Assembly (NCBI RefSeq): GCF_963678635.1
Contig: NC_087064.1
Coordinates: 45,921,437-45,985,436, forward strand
Direction: 5' to 3'
From: Symsagittifera roscoffensis
Lineage: Eukaryota
DNA length: 64,000 bases
In this document: positions 1-11,620 of the stretch, one piece after another
How the letters are laid out: each line of letters opens with the position of its first letter
Numbering within the stretch: position 1 is the first letter of the stretch
The notes under the pieces: generated by a model
Database searches by the model: none
The model's input: the letters and a program-made list of their open reading frames with translations, nothing else
What the model was told of the DNA's origin: nothing
Position numbers and translations under genes: made by a program

Positions 1-1600
1 TTTGGGGAAAAATTCGTTAAGAAAGTTGGATGATATTAAATTGCCAATTTTTGACGAAGAATTTCTTTCGTATGTCTCAAAACAATAAGTGACAAAGTTT
101 ACTCAAAACTCAGAACTAACGGAGCTCAGCCTGCTGAGTTATACGGTTTGGGTAGAGTACATAAAAAAGAAATACTACTCCGTCCGGTTCTATCATTTTT
201 TGGCAGTAGTTCTCTAAACTGAAGAGCTTTTTGACCCTCCTTTTTGAAAAATTTTCTGGCGCAAACATCGAAACATCTAAGTTAGACGCTCGAGAAAAAC
301 TCGAAAAATTAATACTCGACGAAAATGAACAAACTGTTTCACTAGACGTTAAGAGTCCCGTATTGGAAGCAATTGAGATTGCCTTACGTAAATTGTATAG
401 AACTGATTACCCACCAGATATTAAAGTGCTGCTTAAGTTAGCCGTGATAAAAGTTTATTTCGAAAGCAACGGAAAAGGGTATTGCCAGAAGGATGGGTTA
501 GCCATGGGTGCATCACTGGTAGTAATTTCGGCTAATTTATGGATGCAATCGTATGAACAAATAATGAACGATAAAAACGAAGGCATAAAGCAAATAACAA
601 AAAATAATCTCAAAAAAGTCCAAGAGGCAGCAAAAGTTTTGGATGAAACAGCAAAGGTGTTGAACAGTGAAAAATGTGAAAAATGGTTTCATGCTAATTG
701 CCAAAACATCAGTAAAGACGAATACCAAAAAATGGGTGATATAATGGTACTGGGAATTCTGTCGTAATTTACCAGACATTTCAACTTGTGTTAAGGAAAG
801 AAAACTGTTCGAAAGATACAAAGACGACAAAGTTTGCGCAGTCAAAGGGGACTCAAACACGTAACTTAATAGGGTGAACTGGTTGCATTAGAACTTACCA
901 TTTACTATAAAAAAGCCAACGAAAAAGAAAAACTTGTTTTTTTGGACATGAATATTGTCCAAAAATCAACTGATACTGAAACTACTTTGAGCTTTCATAG
1001 GTGCGAACCACTCCAGTACAAAAAAAAACCTTACGGAAGGAAAACAACATAGGTTGTTTCGATATACCATTAACTGGAAGAAACTCGACAAAGCGTTAAA
1101 AACCAACGAGGAAATTGAGAAGAAAAATCAGTACCCAGAACCCTGGACATCAAAAAAATAAAAACGACATTGAAAAGAAATCACAAACAAAACATCAAAA
1201 ACTTCACAGAAAGCAAAAACAGAAAGCAGTCGCGAGAAAATTGACAAAATGATATTTTTTCTACAGCATCGAGGAAACTAAAGTTTGAAATCGACAGAAA
1301 AATTTCAAAGATCACAAGCCCGGTATTGATCATTTCACGACGCGCAAAAAAATGCCTGCCGTCGCTTAAGTCAACTTTTGACTGCAACCTGAAGTCTCAT
1401 GTGGTTTATGAAACAAAATGTAAGGAACATAGTGCCACTTATGTTGGGCAAACATGCCGACATCTAACCATACGCATAACAGAGCATCAAAAGAATGATT
1501 CGCCAGAAAGACAGCATGTCGCAGAATGCTGTGGACAATCTAAGGCTTTTGAATGGAGATTAATTGACAAAGGCAATGATTCTGAAAATTACTAACCTTA
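1..1600 (+). mobile_element. Penelope-like element PLE-1, copy a. It is partial at the window edge: RT plus GIY-YIG, with a ~395-bp internal deletion of N-terminal-domain sequence relative to copies c and d.
   Basis: Translation of 130-230 gives LYGLGRVHKKEILLRPVLSFFGSSSLN, the RT motif YGLPKIHK...RPIVS. ORF 231-767 carries SLDVKS (the RT motif A, sfDVksLFTnIP type) and GYCQKDGLAMGASLVVISANLWM (motif B). 1326-1595 encodes VVYETKC...YVGQTCRHLTIRITEH...H, a GIY-YIG endonuclease. Confidence 0.7.
1283..1595 (+). pseudogene. GIY-YIG endonuclease domain of PLE-1 copy a
   Basis: ORF 1326-1595: HVVYETKCKEHSATYVGQTCRHLTIRITEHQKNDSPERQHVAECCGQ. It has the GIY/YIG-type V-Y and Y-V-G motifs, a conserved Arg and the EH. 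The same domain is at 23,760-24,007 and 29,848-30,095. Confidence 0.7.
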
Positions 1601-1974
1601 TAATAAGATATGTAAACGCAAGCCATGTGAACATTAGGCATTTTAGCTTGATTCAAATTTTATTGTTCCAAATTAAAACATACAGATTGACTTAACTAAA
1701 TAATTTAATCCTAGGAATAACTTTAAAAAGGTGATAAAATTGGAAAAAAATTCGTCAATGACAAACTATAACCAAAAACGAATTTCCGAAAAAACGTTTT
1801 AATGATTATGTGATACTCTTAGATACTCATAAGCTTTAATCTCAATCAATTTGATTTAAAAAAGTTTTTTAACTGTAAATACTTTGAATTTCAGTCGTAT
1901 AGACTTGATGATGCTAGTTATTATTAAAACTTTACTGACTTATGAATAAGAAAAACATTAATTTCCAATAAGCT

Positions 1975-2301
1975 TCAGTTGTTTCCGAGATGTTTGTCCA
2001 TAGACTGCCATAGAGAGGTTTTCACTGAAGATTGATAGAAAAAATTCTTTAACTTTAATTTCATAGTCAAATAAGTTAAACTGCTGTTGGTAAGGATTGC
2101 ATTTGTGCTTTCAATTTGATTCCATTCAAAGACTAATATTTTGAAAAAATAGTTTTCGATGAAATGAACGCTGAATTTTTCAAGGAAGAGTAATTTGATA
2201 GCTCTCCTGTTCCCATCACTTGTGAGGTTCTCGTAATTGATTCTCGTATTGCTGGTAGTAGATTGTCTTTCACTTTCTAAAGACGACATACTAATTACCA
2301 A
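1975..2301 (-). other. ORF of unknown function, conserved in all three P-unit copies (also ~24,336-24,704 and the ~30,4xx equivalent)
   Basis: 108-aa ORF with no recognisable motif. Its conservation only reflects the recent duplication. It may be non-coding. Confidence 0.15.
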
Positions 2302-2595
2302 TTACGAAATCTTGAAATTGGTATTACATAGTGTTTAAGACTCAGATCAGCTGATGCATCATTTTATTTCCGAAACACAAGAGGGCTTAATTGTCCAGTT
2401 TAGTTGTTTCTCAAGTGATATTTTCAATTACTTTATTATACCACTTAGAAGTATTGCTGGGTAACACAAATGGCATATGACTAAAGCATTCATAAATAGT
2501 ATTTGTTTCAATTTGTTAGCGGTCATTGGAGGTAATGCTTTGATACCGCTGGCCATTTTTTCTAATATAAATTTAACTTCACCTTGAAATTTGGC

Positions 2596-2790
2596 ATATC
2601 CACAAAGTCATAATAATAATCTTAACAATAATCATAATAATAAAAAAAGATTATATCCACTGGCATATCCACAAAGTCATAATGATAATCATAATAATAA
2701 TAATAATCATAATAATAATCAAAACAATAATCATAATAAAAAAAAATTAATATCGCAAAAATAGTAATAATAATAATCACATTAATCATG
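2596..2790. repeat. AT-rich minisatellite of (ATAATAATC/ATAATAATAATC)-like units. Other copies at 25,163-25,285 and 31,236-31,335.
   Basis: Direct reading: cataataataatcttaacaataatcataataataa... repeated. Confidence 0.8.
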
Positions 2791-3538
2791 ATAAAAATAC
2801 TCGTAGTAACCCTAATATTTACAAAAAAGAGTCATAAATTTTCCATATATTTAGAAAAATTGTTTGATTAATTACAAAAAACGAAAAACATGTTGATTCT
2901 TAGGTCGAGAGTTTGACCGTAAGAAGCATAACAAAACATACTTGAATTCAATTTTTATTTCACTGAGATGCAGAGTAACGAATTTTAAACTAAGAGTGTA
3001 TAATCTGGCAAATTTTTGCTTAACTTTTTCTAAAAAGCGTTAAAATTGTAAAGTCAAGCAAACGCTTTTGCTTATTTTTTTTGCATCTTCAGATTTCAAA
3101 AAACTAAACTACTCTGTACAAAATGATCAAAAATCCTGAAAAGTGTCATTTGAGTCATTTCTTTCAAATTTAAAAAAATTAAGCAATCAAATTTCACAGA
3201 TATAACTAAAATTTTGTTAGAAGCATGATGTAACAATTTCAATAATTTACAATTTCTTTTTGTTGCTAATTTCATGCTAACAAGTAAGTGATTTAAATAC
3301 TTTTGGTTTCAGCCGAATTTTATCAATTCTAGAACAATGGCCTTAGTGTAAACTCCCTACTTCAAACTCATCGAGCGCAACAATTGCCGGTCTCCCATTC
3401 CTATTGTTACAATACTAGTTTGTGCAATCAGAAATGCCAATTTTCGAGATGTGTTTGGTGTCTATATTGTGAACTGTAAAATATGATGTAGTAATTTTGC
3501 TGCCCGCAGCACCTCTTCAGGATCACCCTTTACTGTTT

Positions 3539-4871
3539 TCATAATATCTTTAATGTAACGGAGAAAAAGTTAGCCTGCTGCACTGAATTGTTTTTCTCCC
3601 TTATCGCGGTGCATTTTCTGCAGTACCAGTCGGTTTCACTTATATTTCGATGCTCATCATCTGATATATCACCGCATTTTACGTGATACGAGTTCAAACA
3701 GCATTCGCATCCCACACCTTTTGACACGTACGTGACTTTCTTATTGCACTCGAGACATATTCCATTAGGTTCTTTTTCGGGCATAAACTTTTCACGAATA
3801 TCCCCCCGGAAGTTCAGTTTCGTACTGCTTCAGCCAAAGGTTTGCTATAAAACGACAATAGTTGCCCCTTTTGCCGAACCATTTTTTCTGAACATACTAT
3901 GTTTCACTGCACTTGAAATGGACTTGACTAACTACCATGTTCAACCGTCTCTTCATGGTTTTCCTAGCACCTGACGGCAGTTCATCTTGCTGATACAGCT
4001 TTCTCAGAGCTATGTTTAGTGCTTCTTTGAGTGAATCAATTGTATACAAACTCTTCACATCTAGAGATAGCAAGATTTCCTTTAGCTCAAGACTAATGAT
4101 CTCTCAGATTTTTCTTGCTTCTAGTGAGTTGGTTTTGATGTTTGCGCCCTCAATTTTTTCGGAAATTTTTGCAAGAACCTTGTTCAGGTTAAACTAACAG
4201 CTACCAGGCAATGAGAGGACCGGTCTTAATAGGGTTCTCTGTTTACGCACCTTGGTTTACCCAAAAAGCCTGGCGGGCTGCCTCCGAGTACACCTCATTC
4301 TTGTGTAGAGATTCTCACTTTTTTTCGTCTTTTTGCTCGTAGCCAACAAATCCTTATTGATATGTTTTTCTATCTTCATAATGATCGAATCACATGTTCC
4401 TTTGCTTTCGCTGACCTTGATTTAAATCTAACAAATCCGATAGTTATTTCTCGTAGGTAACCCTCCTCATTACGCAAAAACCAACGCCCATGTCATACGG
4501 TACCCCAACCAATCCATTACTCCTCAGATAATTTCGGGCCTTCCGAACGCCCTTGTCAGCTGGTGTTGGTTTCCCGCTTTTAGAATAGGCTTTTGCCACT
4601 GCTTCGATTTCACAAAGAGCCTTCCCAGGGACTTTTTGATATTTGAGATCCGAAAGAAAGATGTTAACATCGGCGAGAAAGTGTGTCTCACTAAATTTAT
4701 CCCTGACAGGATGTTTCGGCTCTAATTCCAACAGTTGTTGTACCCAATAAGGTAATCCAACATCATCAAGAGCTTTTAATGAACCCTTTTAATGAGGTCG
4801 ATCCTGCCTTTCTGATGGTTTAATTAGTTTTTTTTCATGGTTCTCTGTAACTTCTGCTGTTGTTGTTGTTA

Positions 4872-4927
<56 letters not shown>

Positions 4928-4929
4928 GC

Positions 4930-4966
<37 letters not shown>

Positions 4967-5022
4967 GCTGTTGTTGTTGTTGTTGTTGTTAATGTTGTTG
5001 TTGTTGTTGTTGGTGGTGGTGG

Positions 5023-5077
<55 letters not shown>

Positions 5078-5491
5078 GGTGGTGGTGTTGTTGTTGTTTT
5101 CTGTCCCCTGAGACTTGGGTATTTCATTACCGAAGGCCAAAACTTCTCATCTACACCCCTCTGTACTGCGCCTTTCGCCTTTTCCAGTTTTCTCTTGAAG
5201 TTTTTCTCATCTGTCCTTGCCTTGGTTAATCTCCGTTTCTAAAAGTCTTGTCTGAAAATTATGTACCGCTTGGTCCAAAAACATCCCATTTTCCGGTTCC
5301 CTCAACCTCAAAAAATTATGTATATTGTCGTTTTCAAAACATCCTCTCGGAAATTTACCACGCTGGTGGCAGTTGATAAATATAAAATATATGGATGCAT
5401 AATCACAGACTAATTTCAAAGTGCGTTTCTTTTTAAGGTCCAAATCAAGTTTGGAGGTTCGAGGCCTCGAGGAATAAACCTCATGTGACAC
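3539..5491 (-). mobile_element. Penelope-like element PLE-2, a diverged paralogue of PLE-1, on the minus strand. It has an N-terminal domain, an internal (AAC)n microsatellite, a 5' RT fragment, then a deletion to the C4HC3 zinc-finger linker. No GIY-YIG remains.
   Basis: Minus ORF 5207-5491 reads FPRGCFENDNIHNFLRLREP...FLDQAVHNFQTRLL. This matches the PLE-1 N-terminal CLNNDIIPHFLEFRVP...FSEQAVLNFKKRLL. Minus ORF 4444-4731 (EPKHPVRDKF..THFLADVN...LCEIEAV...PTPADKGVRKAR) aligns to PLE-1 VPKHAIKDML..IHFLADID..LCGIVA..PTDRALLRM. Minus-strand translation of ~4,150-3,960 gives RPVLS...ISLDVKSLYTIDSLKEALNIALRKLY (RT motif A). Minus ORF 3539-3784 has CLECN..x11..CECC..SYHVKC..x17..CRKC. This is homologous to PLE-1 C.KWFHANCQNISKDEYQKMGD.YW..C. 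Confidence 0.6.
4856..5097. repeat. (GTT)n, read as (AAC)n on the PLE-2 sense strand. A ~80-unit microsatellite with a few CTG/ATT/GGT variants.
   Basis: Direct reading. The ORF-track poly-L, poly-N and poly-T proteins across 4789-5140 are its six-frame images. Confidence 0.95.
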
Positions 5492-6419
5492 AATTCAAGA
5501 CAAATAACACAAAATTAACTCACCTGCTCCGTTGAAGTCTCCTCGTCAGTTTGTCCAACTATTTCCTCTCCTCTGTCCACTGTCTTTTTTCTCCACCCTC
5601 CTTCTCGTTTGCTAGTTCTTTTTCTTGTTTGAACGAAGCTTTGACAAATCAGCTGGTAGGTTGTCTTGGTGTTCGATCACAATCCGCAAAGATTTTTTTT
5701 AGCTCCAGCTGGATGTCCTGGTGTAGTCCCTGATATTCGTTCACCAGCTCCGTTCTTCTCATCCCCTTTGAAATCAGACACCCTGTAATGGAAATGACAA
5801 GAATACCCGAGCTGATGCGCTGGTTCCTGATATCTGGTGTACCGTTTCTCTGACAGTATACATTTGCGCTGATATTTGTCATTGTCTTCAAGATTTATGT
5901 CAATTCCTCTGGAGTGCAAGCTCTGTAAGTGTTTGTGCGATGGATGTTGATAGAATTACTAATAATGTCGTGCCACACCACCTTTTGACGTTTTTCCACT
6001 CCTGCAGAGTATGTTTGAGAGGTTTTTCTGCGAGTTCGTGGTATTCGAGTTTAAGGAAAGTCCCGGATTAGCCAATTTTTTGGGAAAAAAGTGTTCGTTT
6101 TTTGGGTTGCTAAGTTGTTCCAGGCGCTACAATGTACACCATTTCAATTCTAACAGGCTATTCTAACAAATCATAATTCTAACCAGGGCTCCATACAAGA
6201 ATAGAGAGATCAAAAAATCTTACAGTTCACACAGACTTTTTTGAAACGTGGACAACAACGCGGCAACAACGTGGACGGCTTTATCCTAGCTCAACATTCA
6301 AGAAAAAATAGAAAACGAAGTACGGTCTCTGATTGACCAGGGACACATGACTCGCTGAAAAAATGAAGTGACCAGCAGTTTTTTAGTCACATTGTAATAA
6401 CTGTAAAAAACTATCCAAC

Positions 6420-8700
6420 ATTGAAATTGGCAATGAATTCAAAACAAGTAAGCAAATCGTTCTATGAAAACAAGCATCGAATGCCTAACATTGACGTTTT
6501 GCTTGACAAAATTGAACACTTGCCCATGAAGTTTGAAACAAACCAAATACAACATACTTTTTCAACAATAGACGTATGCTACGAACACAGACAACTGACA
6601 ATAGACAATGACAGCCGGCTGCCATCAGACACAAAAACACATACGCATTGTAATTTTAGTTTTATCAGTGGTAGAGCTACAAAAAACTTTCAGTTCCAAA
6701 CGGGACCCTACGGGCTTACAGATATGTGCGCATAATTGTAAAAAACGAATACAGCACAATCCCTATGCAAAAGATAACATAGGAAAATTACAAAACCCTA
6801 CAGCCTTCAAATGGCTCAAAAGCTTCATTGGCTCCATTCATCATTTAAATAATTCCTACCAAACTTAGCCCAATAGTGTAGGGCCATTTTTACCTACAAC
6901 AAATTAATTCCACTGTGGATGAAACGCTGATCGCAAAAAAGCATTTAAAAAAACATTACATGCAGTACAAAACATCACCGAAAGCAGAATTTTTGTAAAT
7001 GATAGGGAGACGCGTATTGTATGCAACGCAAGTCGAGAAGGAAGAGAGGCGACTCTCGAACAAATTACACTGCACGGCTGGGCAACAATTGCATATGCGT
7101 CGCGCTTCCTAATCTCTTATGAACACAAACATTCAATCAACGAAGTGGAACTCTTGGCAGCAGTCTGACAGATTTTTCACACTAAATACAGACCACTAAG
7201 CAATAGTAAATGCTTTAGAAAGTAACAGGGGAAACAAAACCTATCAAAACCGTTGAATCAGGTGGATCGACAGACGTTTTTTGTTCAATTTTGATATAAA
7301 AACAGCTAGGAGGCAGTAAAAAGGGTATCTTTTACGACTACGAGAGGAAAACTTCTCCCCAGCAAACTGGGAAGAACATTTTGTCATTACATTAATCCCC
7401 GACTTCGTCAATTGTTTAGAATTTGAAAATAGCAGTGCTGCAAATATTTTATTGAACAATTCTCTAACCGGATATTTCGGCACGAAGAAGTCAACCTGAA
7501 CGAAATATTTAAACCTTCACATTCGATTCAAATGCAAACAGCATTCACCGTTAAAATTCAATCTTTACACACTAGACGCTCAATAGCCTTGCAACATTCC
7601 GTTCCAAGTTCTTTTGAAATTCTAAAAAAGCGATAAAATGCACAGACCTTTTATACAATGATTGCCATTAACACCGTTCAAAAGAGTCACATAAAAATGC
7701 CACAAAGGCAGTCAAGCACAATTATCAATCGCACAAACCAATTACGCCTCTTTATTGAGTCTCTTGCCAAATAACCTCCGCCCAAACTAACAATCAGCGA
7801 AGTCAAACACCAAGCGATCCCTGCGGTCGGAACCTTCACCTTCTGAAGAGTCCAGAATGAGAAAGCGGACGCGACTTGCCAAAGATTAGAGGAGGGGAGC
7901 GCTGTAGGAAGAAGACATTCCACTCTTCTGGAAAACTTGTGAAGAGTAATAGACATAGACTTCATTACAGCGGCCACAAAAAAGCTGGAGTTTTGTCTCC
8001 AATCGTCAACATGGTCAAGCAGCAGAAATGGGACAACCAAGGATTGTTATAGAACCTACTTTTACAACGTGCGGCACCGCCTGTCGTTTAGGGACAACAT
8101 CTTACTTAACGACTATAGGGTCGTGATACCGAGGGCTATACTAGTGGATGCAATGCATTCAACCCACCTGGGAAAAAATTGATGGCAGCCAAACACGTGT
8201 GGTAGCCATTCTTACACCGCGACGTAGTCTCCACCACTTAAAACTGTAAAAACTATCGAGACAAGGGTAAGGACTTTGAAGTGATATCAGACAAGCAACA
8301 CTATACCACGCTTGGCATGTTGGTAGAACCTAACAAAGAATACCAATTGGATTTCGCGGGAACTATCCGAAACAAGGAAAAGGATTTATAGTGGTTGTAG
8401 AATAATTCTCCTGTTTCCATTCGGTCAAGGTGCTTACAAATAATAATGCGGATACAATCATCTGATTTGTGCAAAATCACCTTATCAATCATCGTGTGAA
8501 CAGGCACAAAACATACGGTGCGACCAGGCACAAAACTATAGGGCCAAAAAATGTGTTTTTCACTGTAAAATTAACAAGAACAAAACTAATATATATACCA
8601 TTAGATGACCATAAGTCAATGGGTTTGTTGGAAAGGCTTATTAGAACTGTGAAACCAAGATTATAGGTAATAAGAATCGACAAAACAAACAGGTCGTATA
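6420..8700 (+). pseudogene. Ty3/gypsy-like LTR-retrotransposon pol remnant (RT, RNase H, integrase) with frameshifts and stops. Identical copy at 14,431-16,711. A ~95%-identical copy sits at 34,049-36,330.
   Basis: ORF 6421-6735: PNIDVLLDKI..FSTIDVCYEHRQLTIDNDSRLPSDTKTHTHCNFSFISGRATKNFQFQTGPYGLTDMCA (the RT P.IDDLLD..FSKLDL..GYHQI and Y.F..MPFGLTNAP block). 6608-6868 gives LKSFIGSIHHLNNSY (the FLGL.GYYRRFI block). The 35,305-35,700 copy gives VQNEKADAICQRLEE (the RNase H-end ..ADALSR motif). 8,090-8,270 gives the integrase HH..C..C region. 8,330-8,400 gives IGFRGNYPKQGKGFIVVVE.FSCF (the IDFIGPLP.S.G..YILVVVD.FSK block). 8469-8666 gives DHKSMGLLERLIRTVK (the HPQTDGQTERLNRTL block). Confidence 0.7.
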
Positions 8701-9934
8701 AACTTGCGTCGGAAGTGGCAGAGCTGATTTAAACACTTCAAATTACGCGACCACTAAGATTACGCCATTTGAAGCCCAAAATGTCAGAAAACACACCACT
8801 GAGTAACATCAGCGCCTCACCAAAACTTTCAAACCTTTAATGCTAAAACAAGAAACTTTCATATTTACATTCAAAAATAACTAATAAAGCCGGCATTACC
8901 AGCGGAGGCCAGGCGGGACCGAGAGAAAAACAGCGAGGACGTTCTAGTCCTGATGTACAGAGATACATATGCGCCAGAACCCAGAGAGCATACATACCTA
9001 CCAGAGCCAACATATAACCCACCCAATGAGAAGACTGCCACAACGACTATGGAGGACACAGTTGAAAACAGTCACAAAATAAATGCGACAACGAAACCTG
9101 GGAAAAAAGAATTCAAAGGACCAATCAAAACGTGGATGCGCACCTTAAAAAATTTCCGGTGGGTGCGTAGCTTTCATTTTCTAACCAGCCTTATGACCTG
9201 AAAAATTTTAAGCACGCCTTCTCAAGTGAAAATATATTAAACGACAAAGGACCTAGAAAAGCCAAAAGGGCGCAAACCAATAAAACACTCACAGAACAAG
9301 AAAAGCAAAACCTCGAAATAGCACCACTAGTTTTCCTACAGGATCGCTTCAAAGGTCCAGCGCACACGATTGACCCAAAAACGGGACATTGAATAGCCAG
9401 GAAAACGAGACCAGTTCCACGAAAAACGAAAAATCAAGGCACATTTGAAACTCAAATTAAAATATCCAAACGGGTCAAAATTAACTACTCAACACACCGC
9501 GTGGATCAGGGCAGACGGCAAACAACCGCGAGTAATTAGACACGATGGTCTTGCATTCATACGAGACGCAAGCGTCTACGGAAAATGAAGACCTGTGACG
9601 CTGATGGATTTTGTAGTTTATAAACATCAACCAAGAGCCAAATCTCATGTCTTAGGAGAGCGCAAACTTGCTGACAGGTGACCCTCCAAACAGACCGCCA
9701 CAACCACCAGTCCTGTGCGACCACCCCCAAAATCTATCTGAGAAGTCATTCAGCAATCGATTAACCGCAGGGCATTGGATCCACAAAAGTTGTTCGAATC
9801 TTTTGTATCGAAGACAAAACGGCCCCAAAAAAACCCAAGGACGACGAATCACAAATAAAACAACAACAAACCATACTACGAGGAAAAATGAGCCCCAAGA
9901 AGCAATCCAGAGTACTCATCAGTCAAATTGAGTT

Positions 9935-11620
9935 CCTTATCTTCAGATTCTGAAAAGAAAAGAAAAACGCCATCTCCACAGAAACCGGCCGCAAAGAGAT
10001 TAGACATAAAGCACCCCAGAACAAAACTCACCAGAATCTAGACGTTCTCCTAGGACTAGAAAAAGCGCACTCACTATAAAACTAGAAAATCTCAATCCGA
10101 TTAGCCAAATGTCGGAATCGAAAACGTCCGCAATAGTTGTATGCAGCATCGAGGAAACCGACACGCATAACAACATGCCCAACGAGACCAACAAAAACCA
10201 AGACACCCAAACAACTGATACGAAGAAGAACACAAAAGGACAAATCCTTTCGGATGGAATCACGTGTACAAAAAAAACAAGTGGATACTTCCAAGTCAGA
10301 AAATACAAGATCCAAAGAACCAAATACGCCGCATTTACACTCTCTCACCACAAAGACAAACAAATTCTTTATACATTCTCGACAGACCGAAAACGACAAA
10401 AAAATCCATTTAGCAAAAATTTTGAAACAGAAATGAATATTCTGCCTTCTATCTCCCCGGTCCGGGGTAACTCGATGACGTTCCAAAGAGAACGTGAAAC
10501 TCATATAGGACAATAACGTATCCAGAAAAAGAACCACAACAAACAAAAAACATCAATAGAGCCCCAATTAACGTGGACAAAACGTCAGACGCTAAAAAAT
10601 ATAACGACACGACGAAGAAAAGAGAGCAAAATTGATAGACTCAATTGTTCAAAAAGAGGGAAACCTTGTCCATCCCGATTTTACAGAAATACAACTAATG
10701 ATTATGAACCATACTAAAACACCAATTGGTAACTCTACTTTATTTATAGGTTTTATTGATTAGCGTATAGAAGTATGATGGTTAAATAAGTATAGACAAA
10801 AGTACTAGTTCTTGTAAGAGACTGTCTCTCAAATGAGTCGAGATCAGTGTCACCCAGACTTAAGCAGATAAGTGAGTTTAAATTGCTATTTAACCTGTTT
10901 TATTCAATCAAAGTTAGATGTTGCCAACGTAACTATGGCTTACCCTCACCTAACTGATGAGAGTATAACATGGCGCAGCCAGCAGTTTTGAAAAACACTC
11001 TCGAAAATACTCCACTGCGGCAAAAAGCCTCGGTAGAAACATTAACTGTGGGGGATATTTGCAATCAGCTGTTATTTCTGGTAATCATAGCCAAAGATGG
11101 TAGTAATCTGCAGAAATTTCATGGACCAGCAACACCAACACAAAAATCTCAGCAACCAGGTAACAAACTACCATTCAACGGGGAACCAAAACACAAGTTA
11201 GAGGTTGAGACCTGGGAAATTAGGAAAAAAGAATACAAGGGGAGAATCAATGTCAACTTCTGGACAATCTAGGACCAACTGTAGACGATTTACCGTGGGA
11301 ACAAGCGGACATGAAAAATCGCAGCTATTTTTATTTGTGTCTAGGGACAGAGGCCAAAGGCGGCAAAAAAAACCTCACTCGAACCTGAAGATACAAAATC
11401 TAACAACTAGATTTCTATGTACAGACTAGAAACAATGTCTTTAAAAAACCGAAAAAAGTATCATTTGACAGATATGAAGCGTTCACGCGCAAGCAGGGAA
11501 AAACGGAAACATTGGAGCAGATCCCCTGCGGCTTAACAGAACTCGTAGTAATAGGAAACTTCAAATGCACAACTTGTAGCGACGGAGGACGTGAGGCAGA
11601 AATTGACAGAGACCTATTCA
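9935..11620 (+). repeat. 1.68-kb sub-repeat, the founder unit of the 37.6-41.3-kb tandem array. The identical copy is at 17,946-19,631. It contains a purine tract at 9,952-9,967 and a CA|TGGCGCAGCC junction at 10,969-10,980.
   Basis: Array junction ...gaaattgacagagac|tttatcttcagattctg joins the equivalents of 11,620 and 9,935. The embedded ORFs (MSESK..., MAQPAV..., MRPGKL...) are T-poor compositional artefacts. Confidence 0.7.

Noticed and set aside
4789-5140. ORFs encoding poly-Leu, poly-Thr and poly-Asn proteins. The same occurs at 32,472-32,780.
   Set aside because: They are six-frame translations of the (GTT)n/(AAC)n microsatellite, not genes.
10971-11272. ORF MAQPAVLKNTLE... starting at the ATG in CA|TGGCGCAGCC
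   Set aside because: Its first codons are the putative primer-binding-like site. The ORF is short, low-complexity and diverges freely among paralogues. It is more plausibly a non-coding leader.
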